Of a stretch of DNA of 64,000 bases, positions 1-7,585 are shown one piece after another. A program made the position numbers and the translations under genes. The DNA is from Rhynchopus sp. YZ270_cl-10 (lineage: Eukaryota), in the NCBI GenBank assembly GCA_964035575.1, contig OZ037846.1, positions 806,001 to 870,000 of the forward strand. The letters run 5' to 3'. Positions within the stretch are counted from its first letter, which is position 1. Each line of letters opens with the position of its first letter. The notes under the pieces are model-generated. The model had not been told where the DNA came from and did not search any database. It was given only the letters and a program-made list of their open reading frames with translations.

Positions 1-2374
1 GTACTCCAGCTCTCATCACGTACTGCGCACTCTTTGCTCCATCCACTGAAACACAGGCGGAGCGGTCACTGGTGAAGGCTTCAATCCAGTTGAGGTAGCG
101 TGGTGGCAGGTGCTGCTTGTGCTTCAGCGCCTGGAGTATGCGCTTGCGAGACACAGTGTCGAACGCCTTTTCTACGTCGAAGAAGAGTGCGATGGTGGGG
201 CGGTTCTTCCCCGCATTCACCCGCTGCATGAGCGCCGCGAGCTGGTCTATCGTGGAGAGACGACGGCGGAAACCTGCTTGTGTGCGGTGTGGGCCCCTGT
301 ACTGCGGCAGGTCCGGACTGTCTTGCATCTGGGTGATGCGGCACTTGACCATCTTCTCCAAGAGTTTGCAGACGTTGCTCGTAAGAGAGATGGGGCGGTA
401 CGACGCGGGGATGCTGGCGTCCTTCCCGTTCTTAGCGATGGGCACGATGTTGCTCTGCAGCCACGATGTAGGGAGTTCACCTTTGCACCAGGATAAGTTG
501 AGGACGTGGAGTAAGGCGTCTCGTCCTTTGGGCCCAAGATGCAGCAAGAGCTCGTTGTGCATCTCGTCCAGCCCAGGTGCTTTGCCCAGCTTCAGCGAGC
601 TCATCGCGTAATCGAGCTCCGGCAAGGTGAAGGGAGCTTCGCTTGCCGCTCCGGTGTAGCCCTCGCTCTGTGTGTTGTTGCGCCTAGCAGTACGCTGCGG
701 GTTGGCGAGAGAAGGGGGCGTGCCGTCTCCACTCACTGCGGCGAAGTAGCGGGCCAGGGTGTTCGCTTTTTCCTGCGGTGTGTTCGTCAGAGGGCCCTCC
801 GGGGTAGCGACTGCTTTGGTGATGGGTTTCACCCGGTCACCACTGAGCTCCTTCAACCTCCGGAAAGTGCTGCTGAGAGGTGGTGGTGTGGCGGCGTTGC
901 AGCTACGCACCCATGCCTGCTGCTTCGCATCCATGATGGCACAGGAGGTGGCGACCTTCAGCTCTTTCAGCTTTTCGGCTTGGACGTCGCGTTCCGTCTC
1001 GTCCGCGGAGAGAAGTAGTTCCGTCACTGCGTTGCGTTCTTGCAGCAATTCATGGACCTGAGGAGTGAACCACGACTTCCTGACCCTTGGTGTGGAGGTG
1101 TGGTGGGAGAGTGGGATGTGTTTTTCTGCGATGTTCTTGCACAATCCCGTGAACCTGTTCACCGCATCTACACCACCCCAGTTGTGGGCCTTGGGGGCGT
1201 AACGCTCCAGCTCTGCCGTGTACGCCTCCCAATCCGCACGTGACCAGCACCATCTCAGCAGGTGTTCGGGCACTGTCGCGTCTTCGTCGCCTCCGTTCAC
1301 TTCCTCCCCTTCCGTCGGAGGTTGCACTGTGACTAGGATGGGGAGGTGGTCGGAGCCTCGTGCGCAAAGTGTGGTCCATGTGGCTTCTACGTTCCTGTGT
1401 ACCAAGGTGATGTCCGGTGAGGAGAAGACTGTTCCGGAGAAGCGCGTGACTGTGTTGGGGCAGTTGAGCACCTGCATGGCGTTGCGCAGCGACCACTGGT
1501 GTAGCTGTGACCCTTTGGCATCTGGCTTCGCTTGGAGGTCCCACGCAGGGTGGTGGACGTTGAAGTCACCGAGGATGATGGAGTCTTCGTCGGAGGGGAG
1601 GTCATCTGCAGAGAAGTCGTCCACACGCAGGTCATCAGCGCTGCTGCCTACACCTCCAGGTCGGTACAGGTTCGTCACCGTGTACTCCCGATGCTCCGTC
1701 GTCACCCTCACGTCAAGACGCTCCGTCACACTTGGCTCCCCGCTGGCCCAGGTGAGGGAGGCTTGGTGGCTTGTGTGCACCAGCGTGGCTATGCCGCCTC
1801 CGGAGTACAGGCTGCCATTGGGGGTGCGGCGTTGCGTGCGCTTCCGGAGGAAGGGGGTGTAGCCCGGGAACGCGGGCAGTGCTGTCTGCGCCTCCTTCAG
1901 CTCCTGCAGAGCCACCACATCGAAGTGCTCCGAGTTCAGTAACTCCTGCAGCTCCTCTTCCCGTTGCTCGGTCAGCCCGTTGCAGTTGAAGCTGATCAGC
2001 TTCAGGGCTTCCTCTGGTCCGGGGTTCTGCTCTACGTCGCCGCACCTCAGGAGAAGTAGACGTCTCAGGTGTAGGAGGTGGCGTCGTCCCTCAGATGGTT
2101 GCAGCTGTTGGTGCAGTTGTTGGTGCTGTTGCTGTTGCTGCTGCTGGTGATGTTGTCGTTGTTGTTGTTGCTGTTGCCGTTGTTGTTGTAGCTGTCGTTG
2201 CTGCTGTTGATGCTGCTGGTGATGTTGCTGTTGTTGTTGTCGTGTAAGCGGCCACTGCTGTTGATGCTGCTGTTGTTGCTGCTGGTGATGTTGTTGTTGT
2301 TGCTGTCGTATTAGGTGCCTCTGCTGTTGTTGCTGCTGATGTTGTTGTTGTTGGTGCTGCTGTACCGGTACATG
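1..2374 (-). CDS. LINE ORF2 (partial, runs off window): Gln-rich leader, 2A peptide, AP endonuclease, reverse transcriptase
   Basis: Hand translation (absent from the ORF track because no stop falls in the window): LISFNCNGL, VALQE, ILGDFNVHH, SPDITL, SDHLPI (APE); KAPGLD, YRPISLTS, QAGFR, FFDVEKAFDTV (RT). The frame stays open upstream to 3547; the true start is uncertain. Confidence 0.93.
2015..2086 (-). other. 2A-like ribosomal stop-go peptide RRHLLHLRRLLLLRCGDVEQNPG/P
   Basis: Exact D-[VI]-E-x-N-P-G-P consensus at 2038-2015, preceded by a Leu/Arg-rich stretch, in frame and a few residues before the APE domain. Confidence 0.92.
2099..2362 (-). repeat. Coding CAA/CAG-rich trinucleotide tract (poly-Gln/His, about 60 Gln in ~88 codons)
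   Basis: Mixed CAA/CAG/CAT/CAC codons, stop-free and in frame with 2A-APE-RT. Confidence 0.9.
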
Positions 2375-2478
2375 TTTTGTTTTGTGGGGTGTAAGGGGGA
2401 TGAGTTTGTGTGTAGTTGGAGGAGGTTGGATTAGGGAGGGTGGGGTTGGAGAGATAGGGAGGGGGGTGGTGGTATGGT

Positions 2479-4008
2479 CTACACGACGAGTTTGATCCCC
2501 TTGTTGCTGGACCGCGGCGACCGCACCGTTATCCCCCCCGGTATCGTCCGGGCTGTGGGGGAGCTGTCCCCAGTCTTGGCGGACGTGTTCCGCGCGTGCT
2601 CCTCTCCCACCCTCGCCCTTTTCCCTTTGGGCGTTTTCCTGGGGGATCCAGACGGTAGCGGTGTCTTTGACGAAGGCGTTTTGCCTTCTGTCATTTCTTC
2701 GTCGTCTTCTGTGCCGATGTTGGTGTCGACACTTAGTTTTGCACCGCCTTTCTTTCCGGGTCTTGTGCTCTTGGGGAGGAGCTTTTCTAGGCTTAGCGAT
2801 AACCCTTGGCTGATTTGTTCGAAGCCTTCGGCTAAGCCCACCCTCAATTGTGACGCGAGGTTTTCCTGATTTGTAGAGAGAGCTTCCACTCTCTTTTCCA
2901 AATCGGAAAACCTCGCGTCCCAAACTGAGGGTCCGGTCGCTGGTACGCTCCCCTTTCCCTTGCCTCCCTTGTTCCCCTTCCCGCTTCCCTTTCCACCCAT
3001 GTTCTCGTTCCCATCGCCTCCCACCGTTTTGGGGGACGTTGCATTCTGGCCGAGCCCTACTCCCATTGGGAGGGATGCACTGTGTGCCTGCTTCCCCCCT
3101 TCCCCGCTCTTTGCTCCTCCCCTGCCCCCGCCCTGACCCTTTGCTCCTGGGCTTTGGTAGCCCTTTCCTCTCCCCCTCCCCTTTCCTCCTTTTTGTGTCT
3201 GTGAGGTCGTGTTTTTTTTGTGTGGGGGGAATTTTGCATGGATCGCTGGTGTGCAGACGATCACATGCTCCCCAAATGTGAAGGAGGGTGGGGGTGGTGG
3301 TTGTGCATGCATTGCGACCAGGAGTGTGTGTGTGTGTGTGCCCCCGGGTGCTGTTTCCCTGCGAGTGCTTCTCCCTCTGATGTGGCGTCCCGTTTGGGAA
3401 ATTGCCGACACTAGGTCCTCGGGTGTGCACGTGGTGGGTAAGCCGGTGAGCCTGTAGCTTGCCTCCCCTGCCCTTTCCGCCTTTCCCACTGTTTCCCATG
3501 CCTTCACTTCGTCCTTTTTTGGGACAACGATCCCGAAATCCCCTAATCTACCCATTACCACCCTCCCCTGTACTCTTTCCGAGTGCTCCAGCGTTTCGTC
3601 GTAGGACGCTTCTGGCCAAATGACAGACGTAAGTCCGTCATTTGAGTTGGTGCGGGCGGGGCGTATGAACACCCCGTTCACACCGGAGAAAGATAGTATG
3701 GGGGCTTCGGGGGATGGGATTCCCTCAAAATAAAATTTAAAAATATGTTGAGAGGAGGGTTCTCTTCTTTTGAGGGTGAGGGGGGAGACTGACATACGGT
3801 GTTGCGAGAGGACTTGCCTCGCCTTCTCGTCTGCGTTCTTCTCCCACTCGTGCGCGTCATGCGCCGACCGCGACACTTCCAGCAGGAAGCCTTCTGCTTC
3901 CGCTAGCCGTGCCGCGGCTGCTGGCGTTGCCGCCGGGTTCCGGAGCGTGAGGGAGGGTGCCGGCTGCGTCTCTGCATCTACGTCCATGGCGTGATCCGGT
4001 GAGGTCAT
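2479..4008 (-). CDS. LINE ORF1-like protein, 509 aa (possible RRM-like core, Gly/Lys-rich segment, coiled coil)
   Basis: Long intact ORF between the ribozyme and ORF2. Contains an RNP2-like strand (YRLTGLPTTCTPEDLVSAI), GKG/RGG repeats and heptads (FSDLEKRVEALSTNQENLASQL). Confidence 0.8.
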   Translation of the reverse strand: MTSPDHAMDVDAETQPAPSLTLRNPAATPAAAARLAEAEGFLLEVSRSAHDAHEWEKNADEKARQVLSQHRMSVSPLTLKRREPSSQHIFKFYFEGIPSPEAPILSFSGVNGVFIRPARTNSNDGLTSVIWPEASYDETLEHSERVQGRVVMGRLGDFGIVVPKKDEVKAWETVGKAERAGEASYRLTGLPTTCTPEDLVSAISQTGRHIRGRSTRRETAPGGTHTHTLLVAMHAQPPPPPSFTFGEHVIVCTPAIHAKFPPHKKNTTSQTQKGGKGRGRGKGYQSPGAKGQGGGRGGAKSGEGGKQAHSASLPMGVGLGQNATSPKTVGGDGNENMGGKGSGKGNKGGKGKGSVPATGPSVWDARFSDLEKRVEALSTNQENLASQLRVGLAEGFEQISQGLSLSLEKLLPKSTRPGKKGGAKLSVDTNIGTEDDEEMTEGKTPSSKTPLPSGSPRKTPKGKRARVGEEHARNTSAKTGDSSPTARTIPGGITVRSPRSSNKGIKLVV

Positions 4009-4187
4009 GTTGTGGGGGGTGGGATTAGCAAAGGGTAGGTGGGCGTGCGGAGGTTGTTGAAGGGGGGAAAGGAAACAAAAGCAGACTTACCAGGTCAAAA
4101 GCGAATAGCAGGCAAAAGTATAATAGGTATTACACTTAAAATAAAAATAAAAATAAAGTAATGTTAGAAGACCCTGTTTCTCCTGAT

Positions 4188-4332
4188 CGCAGTTCTTAGT
4201 CGGTCACTCTTCTTGACCGTCCAGGGTTGCCACGGGGAGGCGACTGCGGTAGGTATAAAAGGGGTGAGGTGGTAAAAAGTAAATAAGTAAAAACAGGGTG
4301 GCACGTGGTGTTGTGTAATGTGTATAAACCCC
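4188..4332 (-). ncRNA. HDV-like self-cleaving ribozyme
   Basis: P1 GGGGUU (4332-4327)/AACCCU (4228-4223) with G1-U wobble; long J1/2; P2 CGCAGU/ACUGCG; P3 GCC/GGC; L3 UCCCCGU; P1.1 CC/GG; P4 CGGUCA/UGACCG; J4/2 A-C-UAA with predicted catalytic C at 4199. Confidence 0.85.
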
Positions 4333-4690
4333 TTTCCGGTGATCAATTGTTTTGGCTTTGTGTTTCATGTCGTGGTCAGAGAAGGGCGTACCTTATGACC
4401 CAAAGAGAAAGTAAACGTGTGTTGTGTGTCATCATGTCCGGGTGGCCGCATCAACGGTTTCTGGAAAGATCTACCGTAGTAGTCGCCGTCAACCTGCCCG
4501 TCTCCAGAAGTTTGTCCACATGCACCAGGTAGACACATGCAGTTTCCAAAGGTGAGCCTAGGGTCTTTTTGCACTGACTTTGGGGCCACAATACATTGCC
4601 TCACCCTAAGTCAGCGGGACGTTGCGCTACGGAGGGGTGTCCATGTCCAATCCTTGAGAATGCATCCACGGGCGGTCAAGAAAGGTTCTG

Positions 4691-4807
4691 AAGTCCCCCC
4701 ATACCTTCCCAGCCAAAGCCTTCGGGCGGTCAAAGAACTCCTTCCCCTTTCCCCATACCTACTAGGATACATTCGCTCACGACTTAGCAGTTTAAGGTCA
4801 TACTCAG
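4691..4807 (-). repeat. 117-bp segment, inverted copy of 6451-6567
   Basis: Reverse complement matches 6451-6567 by eye; the partner is cut off by the N gap. Confidence 0.9.
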
Positions 4808-6450
4808 AACCGCAATGCACCGAACGTAACCAACCGAACACAACAAACCCGATGTGTACGTAACGATCTGTATGCAACGAACGCAACGCAACGAACGCAA
4901 CGCATGCAACGCAACGCAACCGATGCGTACGTAACGATCGGAACGCAACGAACGTAACCAACCGAACACAACCAACGCAACGCAACCGCTCTGTTCGCTG
5001 CACTCTGTAGATAACGATCTCTACACAACTAACGCAACGCATGCAACACAACGTAACCGGTGTGCACGTAGCTATGTGTACGCAACGTAGCGAACGCAAC
5101 GCAACCAACGCAACGAGTGGTTACAACCCCCCACGCATGGTTCTCACAGCGCGCTGGCACGTTACCCAAGCCGCAAACCCGGTTACCTGACTTAAAAACC
5201 GGGTTTTCGGCCAAAACGCCTGTTTTGCCTGTAGAACCCTGTAGAAGCCTTAAGAAACACGTGTAAAAAAGGGGTACTCGCGACACCCTGGTTTCAGGGT
5301 CTGTCAGGGTTTGGAGGTCTTTGCTTCAGAGAAAGTCTCCTAAAAACCTCCTATCTTCCCAAGAATCCACTTTTTTGACCTCTTTGGACGTTTAGGGACC
5401 TGAAAAAAAATGGCCGAAACCCACCCCGCGCGGGGAGGGTGGGTGGGTGGGGAGGGTGGGTGGGTGGGGTGATCAGCAACCTTAAAGACCTTAACACTGA
5501 GTGTTAAGGAATTTAGTTTTTTTTGGCAATCCTTAACACTCACTGGCTGGTGTGGTTGCTGTATGAAAGGTTTGCAACGCACACAAGCCAACCAACACAA
5601 CCGATGCGATACGTTTCTTGCGTTCACATCGTTCCGTTCAGATCGGAACGATGTGAACGGAACGAATGCAACCGACGCAACGCAACCGTTCGGTACGTAA
5701 CGTCTCGAACCAAAGACACGGAAGCAACGCTACGCACCGAACTCAACGCATGCAACGCAACGCAACCGATGTGTACGTAACGATCGGAACGCAACGAACG
5801 TAACCAACCGAACACAACCAATGCAACGCAACCGCTCTGTTCGTTGCACTCTGTATATAACGATCTCTACACAACGAACGCAACGCATGCAACACAACGT
5901 AACCGATGTGTACGTAGATATGTGTACGCAACGTAGCGAACGCAACGCAACCAACGCAACGAGTGGTTACAACCCCCCACGCATGGTTCTCGCAGGGCGC
6001 TGGCACGTTTCCCAAGCCGCAAACCCGGTTACCTGCCTGAAAAACCGGGTTTTTGGCCAAAACGCCTGTTTTGCCTGTAGAACCCTTAAGAAACACGTGT
6101 AAAAAAGGGGTACTCGCGACACCCTCGTTTCAGGGTCTGTCAGGGTTTGGAGGTCTTTCTCATTTGCAAACCCTAAAAAAAACCTCCTATCTTCCCAATA
6201 ATCCACTTTTTTGACCTCTTTGGACGTTTAGAGACCTGAAAAAAAATGGCCGAAACCCACCCCGCGCGGGGAGGGTGGGGTGATCAGCAACCTTAAAGAC
6301 CTTAACACTGAGTGTTAAGGAATTAAAAACAAATCTCTCAGCGATCTGATTTGAGTTGACGGTCTTGAAAACACTTCGCTGGCTGGTGTGTCAAACGGTA
6401 TGTGTATGGTTTGCACGTAACGCTCGACGTATACGATACACACAATGGTC
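4808..6450. repeat. Degenerate tandem repeat (~810-850-bp period) built on CGCAA/CGAA motifs
   Basis: About 4900-5513 realigns to about 5750-6324. Each unit ends in the palindrome CCTTAACACT-G-AGTGTTAAGG (5489-5509, 6300-6320). Confidence 0.85.
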
Positions 6451-6567
6451 CTGAGTATGACCTTAAACTGCTAAGTCGTGAGCGAATGTATCCTAGTAGG
6501 TATGGGGAAAGGGGAAGGAGTTCTTTGACCGCCCGAAGGCTTTGGCTGGGAAGGTATGGGGGGACTT
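6451..6567 (+). repeat. 117-bp segment, inverted copy of 4691-4807, truncated by gap
   Basis: Direct sequence comparison. Confidence 0.9.
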
Positions 6568-6767
6568 NNNNNNNNNNNNNNNNNNNNNNNNNNNNNNNNN
6601 NNNNNNNNNNNNNNNNNNNNNNNNNNNNNNNNNNNNNNNNNNNNNNNNNNNNNNNNNNNNNNNNNNNNNNNNNNNNNNNNNNNNNNNNNNNNNNNNNNNN
6701 NNNNNNNNNNNNNNNNNNNNNNNNNNNNNNNNNNNNNNNNNNNNNNNNNNNNNNNNNNNNNNNNNNN
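6568..6767. other. Assembly gap (200 N)
   Basis: Run of N. Confidence 1.
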
Positions 6768-7203
6768 CAAACTGGCTCTTCGCCCTCTCAGGGATAGGTC
6801 CCTCCTCTTGGGTGCCGTCGTCGCTTGCCTCCTCTGTGCGCTCTCTGCCGGCTTTGTCTTCACCTCCTCCAGGTAGTGCCACAGAGCCTTCGAACTGCTG
6901 TTCCTTTCCGGAGTCGGCAAAGACGCAAGCATGCGGTGTCACGAAACCCCCGATACGAAGCTTCCTTCTTGACTAACTCAAACGGCGCCTTGGGGTATAC
7001 AGGTACTGGAGTCTGGGACGGGATTGTCAAGGAAGTCCTTTCCATGATCACTCTGCAACCTGTCCAGACTGAGCGGGAGGTTTTTTAACTTTTATAGGTT
7101 GGGCGGGGTTGGGGACTCAATGGGAGGCTGGGTCGGGTTGTAGCATGGAGAAGGGGAAACATACACTATCTTCCGGACCGAGTACCCCAAATTGGACCAA
7201 AAC

Positions 7204-7273
7204 CCACACCATGTATCCTTTTATTGGTTGGTTTCCTCGCGGAAACCAACCAACAAAAGGATACATGGTGTGG
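7204..7273. repeat. Near-perfect palindrome (33-bp arms, TCGC loop) overlapping a MITE end
   Basis: CCACACCATGTATCCTTTTATTGGTTGGTTTCC / GGAAACCAACCAACAAAAGGATACATGGTGTGG, one mismatch. Confidence 0.85.
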
Positions 7274-7428
7274 CTGAAAAGGGGGTGCTATTTTTTGTGC
7301 TATTTTCTGCTATTCTGGGGCATCTGGATTTTTTTGGTGCGACTGATGAAGGGAGGTGCTATTTTTTTTGTGCTACTTTCTGCTATTTTCTTCTATTTTC
7401 TGCTATTTTGGGGTCGTCGGCCACACCA
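7266..7428. mobile_element. Short TG...CA element (TGGTGTGGCTGA TIR) with internal TTTTCTGCTA repeats
   Basis: TIR TGGTGTGGCTGA / TCGGCCACACCA; flanks ATACA/ACACA; relatives at 33848 and 48626. Confidence 0.7.
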
Positions 7429-7585
7429 ACACATGAGGAAAATATGTCACATATTTTTCCTCTTCCTCTCTTCCAACACCTCCCCCCAACTTCAGGAAGC
7501 CACCACCGCGTAGGTGACCCCCTACACCCCCCTCCTCACCCCCCTACCCCATTCCCCCACCGCGATTACCCTTTAACCCCATAAA

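Larger units (their letters stand above)
1..4332 (-). mobile_element. APE-type non-LTR retrotransposon (LINE A): 5' HDV-like ribozyme, ORF1, polyQ-2A-APE-RT ORF2; 3' part outside window; 5' end may extend to ~4807
   Basis: Minus-strand translation gives endonuclease and RT motifs downstream of a 509-aa ORF1. An HDV-fold RNA lies ~180-320 nt upstream of the ORF1 ATG. Confidence 0.95.

Noticed and set aside
81..2045. Many listed short ORFs on both strands
   Set aside because: Shadow frames of the GC-rich LINE ORF2, whose true frame is missing from the track because it has no stop in the window.
4376..4435. Possible C/D-box snoRNA on the minus strand (ATGATGA ... CTGA, 60 nt)
   Set aside because: No convincing C'/D' boxes or terminal stem and no verifiable rRNA target; could be chance.
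6402..6976. ORFs spanning the N gap
   Set aside because: Artefacts of translating Ns.
6768..7090. Coding-like minus-strand fragment, including HACVFAD also seen in the HEATR6-like protein
   Set aside because: No single consistent frame, cut by the gap, and the 7-residue match has no flanking similarity.
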